NCBI GenBank assembly: GCA_951406725.2
Contig: OX597828.1
Coordinates: 49,104,001 to 49,168,000 of the forward strand
Reading direction: 5' to 3'
Length of the DNA stretch: 64,000 bases
Source of the DNA: Octopus vulgaris
Lineage: Eukaryota
Shown here: positions 12,170 through 24,675 of the stretch, piece after piece
How the letters are laid out: every line of letters begins with the position of its first letter
Position numbering within the stretch: position 1 is the stretch's first letter
Made by a program: the position numbers and the translations under genes
Notes under the pieces: generated by a model
Databases searched by the model: none
Seen by the model: the letters and a program-made list of their open reading frames with translations, nothing else
Told to the model about the DNA's origin: nothing

Positions 12170-13145
12170 TATATATATATATACACACACACACACTCAC
12201 ATATATGTATGTATCTATACAAGTTCGATGATGCAAACATATATATAGATTTTTTTAATATTTACCAGAAGAGTGTCTCAAGAACCGAAAGTTTCGTGCT
12301 ATTAATACTTACCAAACTAGTTTAATAAGTGCTAACGCACGGACTCTCAGCTCTTGAGTCACTCTGTTGCTTATGCTAAATAGCCATGAAAATAGAGAGA
12401 GAGAGATACATGCATACATAACACGTATAATAATTACAGTTACATTGAATATTATATAATGGAACCAATTCTTAACCGAAAAAGAAACTTGAACTGCTGA
12501 AGAATGGTAATTTTAACAAAAGCGGCATGAATGAAAATGAAACCATAAATATTTGGGAATTTACAGAAATAATGACTTGGCTTTCCTAATATCCAAAACG
12601 AATAAATGCGGAAGCTAAATTTGCTTAGAAGTTGCAAACCCAGGTCCGCCTAGGATTTTCAAAGCATTTTTCATTGCTGCCAAGTGGGTGCACTTGCACC
12701 CTCTTGTCCCCACCCCCGTTCCTGAGCCTATATCAAAACTTCCAGATTATTATTGTTTCGGTAAGCTAGCAAGAACTGTTTGCAGGTCGGATAAAAATGA
12801 TTTGGCGGCATTTCGTCTGTCTTTACGTCCTGAATTCAAATTCTGCGAAGTTCGAATTTGCTGGGATCGATGAAATAAGTACCAGTTGAGCACTGAGGTT
12901 GATATCATCAACTAGCCCCAATCTTCCACAAAATTTCACGCCTTGTGCCTTTATCATCATCATCCTCAAAGGCGGTGAGCGGGCAGGATCGTTAGCACGC
13001 CGGGCGAAATGCTTAGAGGTATTTCGTCTGCCACTACGTTCTGAGTTCAAATTCCGCCGAGGTTGACTTTGCCTTTCATCCTTTCGGGGTCGATAAATTA
13101 AGTACCAGTTGAACACTGGGGTCGATGGGTAAATTTTCAGAGTAA

Positions 13146-13482
13146 CACCCACGCGATTTTCACTAAAAAAAAAAAAACTCGGACTTTTTGCGTGGAAAGT
13201 ACCCTGACCTCCTAATATGCTGCAAATTCCTTTTTTTTGGTTCGGAAAGGGGCGGGGCGAAGTCCCGGTTTCATTGGATTTTTTTTTTTATTATGAATTC
13301 CTGTGACATTCCAATATGCTACAAAACCCTTTTTGGGGTCCGAAAAACGGAGTGGAGTGAGGTGGAAGCCTTGGAAATTTTCCACACACACACACCCATT
13401 GATCTTTTCAGGGTTAGGATTAGGGAAATCCGTCCCGGATTCATTGGAAATTTTTTTTCCCTTAGTGAAAATCGTGCTGGTG
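13146..13482. mobile_element. Degenerate inverted-repeat element with a TTAGGG-like core
   Basis: cacccacgcgattttcactaa (13146-13166) versus ttagtgaaaatcgtgctggtg (13462-13482); internal cagggttaggattaggg; no TSD recognisable. Confidence 0.45.
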
Positions 13483-13995
13483 AAAAGATCGTTAAGAGCA
13501 TCAGAGAGCATCTGTGAAGGTTTGTATGTGAACCATCGTTCTTTCAGTAACAAACGATGATCGATGTCACATCTCAAAAGACAACCACTAGATAACATTG
13601 AAAAAGCGTATTAATTGGATTTAACGTCCATATTTATGTATAAAATACTACAATTAGACGGCACGGGGTCAGCTAGTAAGAATAATAATAAAGCTGAAGT
13701 GAATTGGCAAAAATATGGCCGTCCCCAAAGATGATCAGGGCTCATCGTTCTATTTGGTGGATAGAAATTACATTCAAAATCCCAGTAAATTACATTCTGC
13801 CATTTAAAAAAGGGCACATTGAATTGTGTAGTCCCAGATGCCATGTCCTGAAGAAAAATATTTTAATAACGTGCATGCTCCCTCTTTTTGTTCCGCATCT
13901 TCAAATGCCGCCTCGTACCCTGGGAGGGTACGAGCAGTACCATATTAAATCCATGGGTTCACACAGTATTTGCATGGTAACCCTTTACTCGCCAC

Positions 13996-14521
13996 GGATC
14001 TTTTCTGTTTGATGGACGGAATTTTCTAGTTAAGTAAAAAATTTGAAACTTCGTATACCGGTAGAATGTGTCAAAAGTGGCAGGAGTGGCTGTGTGGTAA
14101 GTAGCTTGCTAACCAACCACATGGTACCGGGTTCAGTCCCACTGCGTGTCATCTTGGGCAAGTGTCTTCTGCTATAGCCCCGGGCCGACCAATGCCTTGT
14201 GAGTGGATTTGGTAGATGGAAACTGAAAGAAGCCTGTCGTATATATGTATATGTATGTGTTTGTGTGTCTGTGTTTGTCCCCCTAGCATTGCTTGACAAC
14301 CGATGCTGGTGTGTTTATGTCCCCGTCACTTAGCGGTTCGGCAAAAGAGACCGATAGAATAAGTACTGGGCTTACAAAGAATAAGTCCCGGGGTCGATTT
14401 GCTCGACTAAAGGCGGTGCTCCAGCATGGCCGCAGTCAAATGACTGAAACAAGTAAAAGAGTAAAAGAGATATTAACAAAAAGATAACTAGAAAATTCCG
14501 TCCATCAAACAGAAAAGATCC
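13996..14521. mobile_element. MITE, Merlin-like, containing a full-length SINE
   Basis: Perfect 37-bp TIRs ggatcttttctgtttgatggacggaattttctagtta; exact TSD ctcgccac at 13988-13995 and 14522-14529; a family A SINE occupies about 14079-14468. Confidence 0.9.
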
Positions 14522-14941
14522 CTCGCCACGTACTAGAAGACGCTTACTAAACTAAGTAGGAGCTCCAGTGAGTTTCTGCCTCTAGGGACTTTTGTAAGAC
14601 GGCCCTGGTTGTAACTTGTGATGGCGGCAGTGATAAGCGACATGGTGTCATCAATCATATAAATATCTGCCAGACATGCTTGTAAGATATAAAATAATAA
14701 TAATAATAATAATAATAAATATATTAAAAGGAAGAGGGGGGAGAAGGAATTAAAACTAATGAGTCTTTTTGTAACTCCTTCCCCTCTCTTTCTCCTTCGC
14801 TTTCTCTTTGTTGTGTGTCTTCTCTCTTAATTCTTACTGCTATAAATAATTCACTGCCATACTTTTGCTAATGAAGCTACAGATATTGGTGATCGGACTC
14901 TAGGCACCAGACACACACACACACACACGCATATATATATG

Positions 14942-14974
<33 letters not shown>

Positions 14975-15042
14975 ACATAAATACATAGTATTTATGTATA
15001 AATATATATATTTATGTATGGCTCTATGTATGTGTGTGTATT

Positions 15043-15081
<39 letters not shown>

Positions 15082-15126
15082 CTGTGTAGACATATATTTA
15101 TGTATATATCAGTGCATACGTATAGG

Positions 15127-15182
<56 letters not shown>

Positions 15183-15234
15183 CATACATACATGTATGTA
15201 CATGTTTACATATGTATAAATATATACTTTTATA

Positions 15235-15305
<71 letters not shown>

Positions 15306-15668
15306 GTATATATATATATAAACACACACACACACACATATATACATATATATATATGTTTGTGTGTATTTATATATACTGTGTGTGTGTGTGTGTGTGT
15401 ATTATATCTGATGATGAAAGTCTATTAGATGCCAACTTAATTATTATCTCTCATTGTGGTAGTAGTAGTAATAGTTGTTGCTGTTCTTGTTGTTATTGAT
15501 GTCCTACTTCAAAGAACTGTTGAATTTTTAATGTAACTTATCGCTCTAACGTAAGAGTTGCCGGTTTTGTGTGGTGCAGACCGATTAGATTGGTTAACAA
15601 TAGCTTCTCTGGCTACAGCTGAGTAAGAAAAAAAAAATGTGTCTAGGCACGGGCGGAGGTGGTGGCTG

Positions 15669-15700
<32 letters not shown>

Positions 15701-16251
15701 GGTAGTAATGATGGTGGAGAGAGATAATGATGTTCGTAGTCGTGATGGTGATATTCGCGATGGTGGTAATGGTCGTGGAGAAGTGATGTTTATGATGTTG
15801 GTGATCATTACACAAATGAATGGTGGTAGTGGTAGTGGTGGTGAAAGAGAGTCAAGGCCACCCCACCAGCCATATTGTTTTATCCAAACAAATCGAAATG
15901 GTTATCAGCACTTTATCCGCTTCAGCAAACAAAAGTTATCTATTGACACGGCGCACTGTTAATATCCTTCAATGTAATAATGAACCGTGAAAGGATCTTT
16001 TCCGTTTCGTTCACACTTTTCAATTCTCTTTGTTCCAATTGATTTCAAACTTGGTGTATCAATGTAGTTTTGTACGCTAATCATGGAAATGAAATTCATT
16101 TTTTGCCGTAAATTAATAAATAAAAAGTTAATAGCTTTTAAAGTTTGCATAATTTTGTGTAGATTTGCAAGTCGAAGGCCACAAACATATTGGTGCCTGT
16201 TTCCATAGTAAAATGACAAAGTATAGACTTTTTCACTTTTGTTTTACTCAT

Positions 16252-16511
16252 TTACTTGTTTCAGTCATTTGACTGTGGCCATGCTGGAGCACCGCCTTTA
16301 GTCGAGCAAATCGACCCCAGGACTTATTCTTTGTAAGCCTAGTACTTATGCTCTCGGTCTCTTTTGCTGAACCGCTAAGTTAAACACACCAGCATCGGAA
16401 AAGAGACCGATAGAATAAGTACTAAGCTTACAAAGAATAAGTCCTGGGGTCAATTTGCTTGACTAAAGGCAGTGCTCCAGCATGGCCACAGTCACATGAC
16501 TGAAACAAATA
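16252..16511. repeat. Fold-back made of two inverted SINE A 3' halves
   Basis: 16252-16365 is the reverse complement (few mismatches) of 16399-16511; spacer about 33 nt. Confidence 0.9.
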
Positions 16512-17145
16512 AAGAGTATACATCAATATATATTGATATACAGGGCAGGCATGGTATATGGTGTAAACATTCAAACATTGTCACTATCTTTTCCAAAGCC
16601 TGTTGCATTTCACATGGAATTTTTGACCCTCCAAATTGACCTGCCTTTTTTTCGCTGTAGATTTTGGTCTGAAAATTTGACTTGTGTGCCAGAAAATGCA
16701 CATTATCAAATATCAACTCTCAAACATTTACGTCTATCAAACTTCAACATGTACAAAGTGGTTCTGAAATGTTCCTGGCTTTGGGTAAAAGAAAATACAG
16801 GAGGATCAGTTCTTGGCCTTAAGGGTGTCGCGAAAGGCCTGATTGGAGGCCCAACCATCTGATTTCTTTTTTACAGGGTGTAGAAAAACTGAAAGAGAGG
16901 GGAATATGTTGAATAAAATCATAACTAACTGATCCTCTCTTTTACTTGTTTCTGTCATTTGACTGTGGCCATGCTGGAGCACTGCCTTAGTCAAGCAAAT
17001 CAACCACAAGACTTATTATTTGTAAACCTAGTACTTATTCTATCGATCTCTTTTGCCAAACCGCTAAGTTACGGAGACGTAAACACACCAGCATCAGTTG
17101 TCAAGCGATGTTGTGGGGGACAAACACACACACACAAACATATAC

Positions 17146-17200
<55 letters not shown>

Positions 17201-18456
17201 TACGACAGGCTTCTTTCAGTTTCTGTCTACCAAATCCACTCACAAGGCTTTGGTCGGCCCAAGGCTATAGTAGAAGACACTTGCCCAAGGTGCCACGCAG
17301 TGGGACTGAACCTGGAACCATGTGGTTGGTAAGCAAGCTACTTATCACACAGCCACTCCTATGCCTGTATTTTCTTTTAAACAGATAGGATATTTAATCC
17401 AGATATGACTGGTTTAAATGCAAAGGGGCTAAATTATTGGTTTGTTTGAAGTTTATCTTGATATCTCTTGTGTTTCTAATGAATTTGGAGACTGGATGTT
17501 GTGACAATCATGCTCTTGCAAGCGAGGTCAAATTACTCCATACAGGAGTCAAATCCATGTTACCTTCTTGGTGTCTAATCCATTCTAGATAAGCAGCAGG
17601 TTGTGTCGTTCGTTCCTTTCTATAGAAATTAGTGAAGTGAATGAAATGAAATCACATCAGCTGGGACCAAAAACTTGATTGGTTAAGTAACTTCTGTGTA
17701 AGGACAATTGATGCAGAAGCAGTCACAGTGCTACTACAATGACTATAATACTACTGCTGCCACTATTATACTCCACCACAGCAATACTACTGTGACTGTG
17801 ACACTACAACTACCACCACAACAATGCTAGAACCACTAAAATACCACTACAACCAACAACACTACTACGTGGTGGTGGTGGTGGCGGCAATACTATATTC
17901 TAAAGCAGGGATTTTTAACCTGGACAGTCGCATCTCCTTACCAAGTGATGTTGTGAGCTCACTAGGGTGGTACTAAAGAGTGCTGGATTTTTAGATAATT
18001 GTGGGTCAGCATCCTTTTAGCAAAACAAAAAATTTTCAAAAAATTTTTTTTATAAAAGAAACAACCACCCCATCCCTCGACCAATTGTAGTCGATTTTGT
18101 GGGTACTATGCACTTAAAAGCAATTGGAGACACCTTTTCATTATAAAATTTTCAAAAAGTAATGGGATCTTTTTACACTCCCCCCTCCCTGTCTGATTTT
18201 TTTAACAACCCCAAGAAAATTTTGAAAATTAATTTTTTTTTGCTAAAAAGATGCTCCCATCATTTCCAAGAGCACCATGTAAAAATATCTTTAAAATCGC
18301 TGTCAAAATGGAGAAATTCCAACTTGTGTGTTCTATGTATTGCTGAAGTCCACCAAATATTATTTTGCCTCAGTGCAATACTTATATTTAAACACATTTT
18401 CAAAAAAAACTGTATTAAAATTTGTGTGGAACATTGTGTTACCAGTAAGAAGAAAC

Positions 18457-18736
18457 GGTGGAGGTAAAGAATACACACACCACCTGTTTTCGATGTAACC
18501 TTAACCCTAAACCTTAATCCTAACCCTAAACCTTAATCCTAACCCTAAACTCTAACCCTAACCCCTAACCCTAACTCTAAAACTAACCCTAATCCTAATC
18601 CTAAACCCTAGCCCTAAACTCTAACCCTAACTCTAAAACTAACCCTAATCCTAACCCTAAACCCTAGCCCTAAACTCTAACCCTAAACCCTAACCCTAAC
18701 TCTAAACACCAGGTGTACATATTCTTTACCTTCGCC
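18457..18736. mobile_element. MITE, Merlin-like, filled with a degenerate (CCCTAA)n array
   Basis: Imperfect 25-bp TIRs ggtggaggtaaagaatacacacacc / ggtgtacatattctttaccttcgcc; exact TSD gaagaaac at 18449-18456 and 18737-18744; about 210 bp of taaccc/taaacc/taatcc variants inside. Confidence 0.9.
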
Positions 18737-19477
18737 GAAGAAACATGACTGATGATGTACCAAAGTCTAACCATCATCAGAATTGAACCCTTTTGCATTT
18801 AGATTATTCTGTCATATACGATGCTTATTTATTCACATTGTCTTGAATTAATCAGGTTAGCTTTGAAATTTTGGCAATCTTTTGGTTAAAGTAGCAAGAT
18901 AATGAAAATGTTTGTTCGGCAATTTCCGTGCAAAATTTTTATCTCTTTAATTCTCTTTTCAGCTGAAACATTTATGTTTATGTATTTTTTGTGTATATAT
19001 TATGTGTTTGTGTGCATGTATCTTCTTCTTCTAGTTATTGTTATTGCTATGATTTGCAGAAGAGAGTAGATCGTACGATGTTTGCGAACAAACTGCAGTG
19101 CTGCAGGATTAATGAAATGCTGGCTCTGGAAGTCAAGGATGTATGAAGGTTGGAGAGAAACATAGCAAGTATGCTCCACCGGATGTGTGACATGGTACAA
19201 ACAACTAAATGAATATGTCCATTTCCATGGCCAAAGATCAGCAGCAAAAGACGAAGCCTCATACACAACTACCTTCTTTTGCCACACGCTGCATTCCATC
19301 AGGGTCCTTCCCATCCAGTCTTGCATATTATCCCTTCATCTTCTTCTCCCCCATCCACTCACCCAGTCTCCAGTGATATGAATACAAAAGTTGTGAGTCT
19401 TGATACTGTGTCCAAAATATTAGTTTCCACCACGTGAGGGCTATCATCAGAATTTTATTTCAACCTGCCATCTTCAG

Positions 19478-19852
19478 GACTGATGCATTCCACAATCTGC
19501 CGTGGTGATCTCATTCTCGCCCACAACATCATAAGCGGAAAGTGTAACCTCTCGAAAGAGCTGTTCTTCACTCCTGCTCCAGAGCGTCGGCTGCGGGGTC
19601 ATTCCGAAAAGCTCTATCTGCGACGATTTCATCTCAATCGAAGGAGAGGGGCTTTCTCCTTCCGGGTTGCGGATCCGTGGAACAAGCTGCCAGACGAGAT
19701 GGTGAAGATGCCGACGACCGCTTTGTTCAAAGTCTCCCTTGACTTCAAGTGGCCTGAACTCTTTACATGAACACCACCCTGTACATAACTCCATGTCCCC
19801 CTACATGGCCTTGCTTTTTGCTTTTTGAACCAAAAATTAACTAACTAACTAA
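19478..19852 (+). mobile_element. 5'-truncated CR1-type LINE with (TAAC)n tail, nested in RTE debris
   Basis: RGDLILAHNII..RLRGHSEKL..RRGAFSFRVADPWNKLP..LFKVSLD C-terminus with open frame, short 3' UTR and taactaactaactaac tail. Confidence 0.85.
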
Positions 19853-20234
19853 CACTTTCTTCTAATATGTCGTTTCAAACGCCCTCAATTGCTTAGTTGC
19901 GGCCACCTTTAGAAGTCTGTGTTTCACACTCATCCAGCACCAGTAAAGTTTTTAGACAGTCTTAGTCTGAAGCTTTTGTTGGGCACACAGTCCGCTTCAT
20001 GTTGTAGTTAATGGTCTCAGGGTTATTGAGTATGTGAGGAATTAGTTGTTGTGTGTAAGAGAGAGATGACTGTATTGATATAAACATGTAGGTCGACTTT
20101 GCCTTTCATCCTTTCGGGGTCAATTAAATAAGTACCAGTTACGCACTGGGGTCGATGTAATCGACTTAATTCGTTTGTCTGTCCTTGTTTGTCCCCTCTA
20201 TGTTTAGCCCCTTGTGGGTAATAAAGAAACAGAT

Positions 20235-20475
20235 ATAAACATGTAGTGTGTATGAATGGTAGCAGTTGGATAAAGAAGTACCAGGAAGAAAATTGTGGAA
20301 GACGAAGTCCAGGGAAGACGTGGGTAGAAGTGGTAAGAGTTGATCTCAGGATGCTGAACTGCACAAAGGAGATGGCAAAATGATGCAACAAATGGTGAGA
20401 TGCCATGTTATAAGCAACCCATCTAACCAATGCAAGTATGAAAAAGTAGATGTAAAAAATGGTGGTGATTATGGT
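20235..20475 (+). mobile_element. RTE-type LINE 3' end
   Basis: GRRSPGKTWVEVVRVDLRMLN coding remnant followed by catctaaccaatgcaagtatgaaaaagtagatgtaaaaaatggtggtg, homologous to the family C tail. Confidence 0.6.
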
Positions 20476-20583
20476 TGTGGTTATGATGATGATGATGGTG
20501 ATTGTTATTATTGTTGCTATTGTTGAAATATTTTGTATTGTTTCTTTCTCTATTCACCAGCATTATACCATCACCTATCACCC

Positions 20584-21714
20584 ATGATGTCACCAGCTGG
20601 AGCTAACCGAGAACTCGTCGCCATTGTAGTTAACCTCAGAGAAGAACGTTTCCTTCAAAAATGTCTGCAGACCATCGATATGGAGAGAAAATACTCATCA
20701 AAAGTTTTTGAACTTGACCTGCGCATTCTGAAAGTTTATCTGAAACGACTCAAAGAAAGAATTTCCCATATCAAATCTAACCTTACTGCTGAAGAAATAT
20801 CTCAGGTAAGGGAATTGGAAGCTCAAAAGAAACATTCTAGTTCTTTCCCGTCTGCAGTTTCAAGTAGTGCTTTAAAAATCGCTGCTGCTTACAGGTGCTT
20901 GAAACTGGAGCCAAATATTACACTTCAGGAAATTTCAAAGTCGGCAGTGAAAAATTTCCTTTTTGGACAAGATGAAAGTATTTTGAGTTCTATAAGCTCT
21001 GAAGAAAGTGCTGAAGAAACGATGCATGTCGGTCGGCATCAGCATAATATAAGTAGCTTATCAGCATTACTTAATACATCTAACAGAAGAAATAGTGTCC
21101 GACAGCGACCAGCGACATCAGTTTGGAGTAGAAGAGGCAGCAGACAAACAGTTCAAAGTACACGACCAATGACGGCACCCATCCCTCTTGACATGCAATT
21201 TTCATCACACATAGAATATACCAAACCTTCATCCATGGATTATTTACAGAATATTGAGATGTGGCCAATAGAATTTGATAGCGATATTGGTGGAGGTCAT
21301 TTTGGTGAAAACCAGTTTGAAGAAAAGCGAAAGAGATGTTTGCAGAGTGAAGTTAACAAATGCAAAGATCTCAATGAAAAAACCAAAAAATTCATTGATA
21401 ACATGAACAGTTTTATATCTGCATCTGAGAAACATACCAGACTGTATCTAAACAAAGCATCAAAAGATGACACCATGTTTCGTAAAGGTGTGTTAAGCCC
21501 TAAGAATAAACACCTGAGAAAAGGTCAACAGGCAATTCATTTCAATCCAGTCGTGCAAACAGAGGGAGGTCATCAAGAAAAGCCGATTGAAGTTTGGAAA
21601 GATCTAAACAAATGTCGTTATTTAAGAGTTTCTGATGATGCGATTGATTTATCAGGGGTGGTCACATTGGCAAAAGATCACATGAAACAGTTTTCTAATT
21701 TACCTGATTTATAA
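20584..21714 (+). CDS. Uncharacterised 376-aa coiled-coil protein, CCDC190/DUF4697-like (gene B), single coding exon
   Basis: Only long complex-sequence ORF in the window. Acceptor tttctttctctattcaccag| ends at 20560 and the first in-exon ATG is at 20584. N-terminal helical segment (NLREERFLQKCLQTIDMERK..ELDLRILKVYLKRLKE), Ser/Arg-rich middle with RPATS and RPMTAP, C-terminal WKDLNKCRYLR. The family assignment is from recalled motif resemblance only. Confidence 0.85.
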   Translation: MMSPAGANRELVAIVVNLREERFLQKCLQTIDMERKYSSKVFELDLRILKVYLKRLKERISHIKSNLTAEEISQVRELEAQKKHSSSFPSAVSSSALKIAAAYRCLKLEPNITLQEISKSAVKNFLFGQDESILSSISSEESAEETMHVGRHQHNISSLSALLNTSNRRNSVRQRPATSVWSRRGSRQTVQSTRPMTAPIPLDMQFSSHIEYTKPSSMDYLQNIEMWPIEFDSDIGGGHFGENQFEEKRKRCLQSEVNKCKDLNEKTKKFIDNMNSFISASEKHTRLYLNKASKDDTMFRKGVLSPKNKHLRKGQQAIHFNPVVQTEGGHQEKPIEVWKDLNKCRYLRVSDDAIDLSGVVTLAKDHMKQFSNLPDL

Positions 21715-22211
21715 GTTTATAATCTTCCTTTTTCATAGAGACTCTTGATCTAAATCATTTTTTTTGTTTTCGCTTTCTTATCTCTGGTATATTTCTCAAA
21801 TCGGACAGAATAAAATGACCAAGATTAATACAAACATCGTCTAATTTGGCACTCAACTAATTAGATGAATTATTGGGAGAGGATTAAAATGAATTAGGTG
21901 GCCATTGGTTGAATATGTGTTGTGTTTAGAGTGAGGAAGAAAGAGGATGGAGGGAATCTGAAGAGAAAGACGGAGAGAAGGAGAGTAACAAAAGGAGAGT
22001 AGTGGATCCTGTGGAAGATTCAAGTCATTTTCCAGTTAATAATTGCTCTAGTATGTTATGCATAGTATCAATTATACAGTGCTATTTAGCATTAGTTATT
22101 ATTTAGTATTAGTGTTATACGGCAAGCTGACATTAACCGATGGTGATGCTTACGGTATTATATACTATCGGTACGATGTCATATAGTTTCTGTACATTGT
22201 TTTATATAATA

Positions 22212-22432
22212 CTAGCAGTATCGCCCGGCGTTGCTCGGGTTTGTAAGGGAAATAACTATATAAGCATTTTTAGAGATGTAAAGTATAATAGCCATCTCAA
22301 TATGGCTAACCACAAAGGGGGTGTTACTGTAGCTTTTTACGTTCTGAGATTTAATAATACATTTTTAGAGAGTTACTTCTCTTATATATGCCAAAAATGC
22401 ATTAAAAATAGGAAAAATTGATGGTAAATTTT
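22212..22432 (-). mobile_element. 3' part of the same Helitron family
   Basis: Identical ctagcagtatcgcccggcgttgctcgggtttgtaagggaaataactatataagcatttttagaga terminus; truncated next to a family C repeat. Confidence 0.8.
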
Positions 22433-22738
22433 TGTCAAGTAGTCCGGTGGCACGTAAAAAGCACCATCCGATCGTGGCTGTTTGCCAGCCTCCTCTGGCC
22501 CCTGTGCCAGTGGCATGTAAAAAGCACCCACTACACTCACGGAGTGGTTGGCGTTAGGAAGGGCATCCAGCTGTAGAAACACTGCCACATCAGACTGGGC
22601 CTGGCGCAGCCTTCTGGCTTCTCAGACCCCAGTTGAACCGTCCAACCCATGCTAGCATGGAAAACGGACGTTAAACAATGATGATGATGATGATGATATA
22701 TAATATATATATGTTTGTATATGTATATGTATATATAA

Positions 22739-22804
<66 letters not shown>

Positions 22805-22939
22805 GACTTCTACCTCCAATTCCTTTAGCAAGACTCTCAACTAACATATATTTACATGAAACAATAAAGCTGAAAGAACTGATAATGGTCTCCATTGATA
22901 AATAATAAATAATTCATTGAAGAGATTTGTTTGAAACAT

Positions 22940-23450
22940 GAAACCTTTCCTCTTTCCTACAGTCAACTTCTTGCAAACAAATGCCCTTCAGTAGCTGATT
23001 ACCACATCTTGGGCATTGCCACACTAAAGTTTTAACATCTATCAGCAAAGCCCACAAGATTATCCACCACCTTTCCAACAACTTTGGCCACTGTTTGAAT
23101 TTAATATCTCTACCACCCATTGACATGCTTATAAAATCAAAAAAACAATGCAACACACATGACTTTCAGAAACATTTTTCATGCTCAGTATTGTCAAAGC
23201 ATAGAATAAGCAAACCACATTGGGTTTTCAGCTATGACAGGACATTATTATCCTTCAAAAGTTTCAGGCTTCATGAAATTCATCAACATTACTCCTGCTG
23301 TGCCTATGCACCCTTTTCCTTTTCATGGCTCTTTCAACGTTCACTTTTCTGTCTTCTTGTGTTTTATCTTGTCTAAAATATTTGTACTTTTGGCTATCAT
23401 TTTCTGTATCCCTTTTTTTTTTACCCTTTTTTAACAAAGTTGTACAACAC
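22940..23450 (-). mobile_element. Highly decayed R4/Dong-like non-LTR RT C-terminal fragment
   Basis: Minus-strand remnants ENDSQKYKYF...SMGGRDIK have the spacing expected for the YKYLG...GGRGL motifs; many stops. Confidence 0.45.
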
Positions 23451-24675
23451 CTGAACGCTGTAAGCTATACTCTACTTTTTTACTTGTTTCAGTCATCTGA
23501 CTGCGACCATGCTGGAGCACCGCCTTTAGTCGAGCAAATCGACCTCAGGACTTATTCTTTGTAAGCCCAGTACTTATTCTATCGGTCTCTTTTGCCGAAC
23601 CGCTAAGTGACGGGGATGTAAACACACTAGCATCGGTTGTCAAGACAGACACACAAACATATACACATACACATATATACATATACATATATACGACAGG
23701 CTTCTTTCAGTTTCCGTCTACCAAATCCACTCACAAGGCATTGGTCGCCCCGGGGCTATAGCAGTAGACACTTGCCCAAGATGCCACACAGTGGGACTGA
23801 ACCCGGAACCATGTGGTTAGTTAGCAAGCTACTTACCACACAGCCACTCCTGCGCCTTTTTTTTTTTTTCTTAGTAATGTATATCAAACCTTTTGAAATA
23901 TATGAGGTAAGTGTTAAAGTGAATATTCTGGTAGACCAAGCAAACATAAACAGTTTATGTAATACATTTTAACATTTAACAACCATCCTAAGTATGAGAG
24001 AAATAGTAACTGCATATTTTGAGGAAATGAATATGATTTTTATGGAATTGACTTTTTACTAATCTAATAAAATCACTAATTTAATTATAATAACCATTAA
24101 GGACTATCGAAGAAATTTTCTTTTGTGAGCAAAAAGTGAAGTATTTTATTTTGGAAGTAAGGGAAATAATTCATATTTATTCAAGGGAAACAACTAAGTA
24201 AATTTTTCTGATCATTTGAAAATATATTTCCAAAATGTTTTGTTTTAAAGTGTTTCTTGCTGTTAATGAAATAATAAATAAATTTAAATCATCAAAGAAT
24301 ATTTTAAAATATAATATAAAACTGCACGACACCATATAATAATTTGTGTTTTCCTGGACGGCTGAAAGTAAAAAGGAGTAAGTATTTTAGGATTTAGCAA
24401 ATTTGTTATGTAAACATCAGAAATTATAAACAATTAAATAAATATATACAAATGGATTTTTGTGTGTATAGGCTTGTTTCTATTAAAGTAGTAGGGTGTA
24501 ACTTGAGTGAGATTTCATTTCACATTGCTCCAGTCGATTCAGCTGACAAAAATGAGTAGTACCTGTATTTCAAAGGGCCAGCCTTGTCACACTCTGTGTT
24601 ACACTGAATCTCCCTGAGAACTACATTAGGGGTAACGTGTCTGTGGAATTCTCTGCCACTTGCATATATATATAT

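Noticed and set aside
14079-14150. tRNA gene-like A/B boxes
   Set aside because: SINE heads with no complete cloverleaf, continuing directly into the SINE body.
15959-16219. 86-aa minus-strand ORF with weak resemblance to Gypsy integrase (KCERNGKDPF)
   Set aside because: The similarity is too short and no flanking integrase motifs are visible.
18495-18705. Telomere or chromosome-fusion scar
   Set aside because: Single orientation, degenerate, and enclosed by TIRs with an 8-bp TSD.
20533-20583. N-terminal extension MYCFFLYSPALYHHLSP of the 393-aa ORF
   Set aside because: It starts at TTG and runs through the polypyrimidine tract and acceptor at 20560; the ATG at 20584 is the plausible start.
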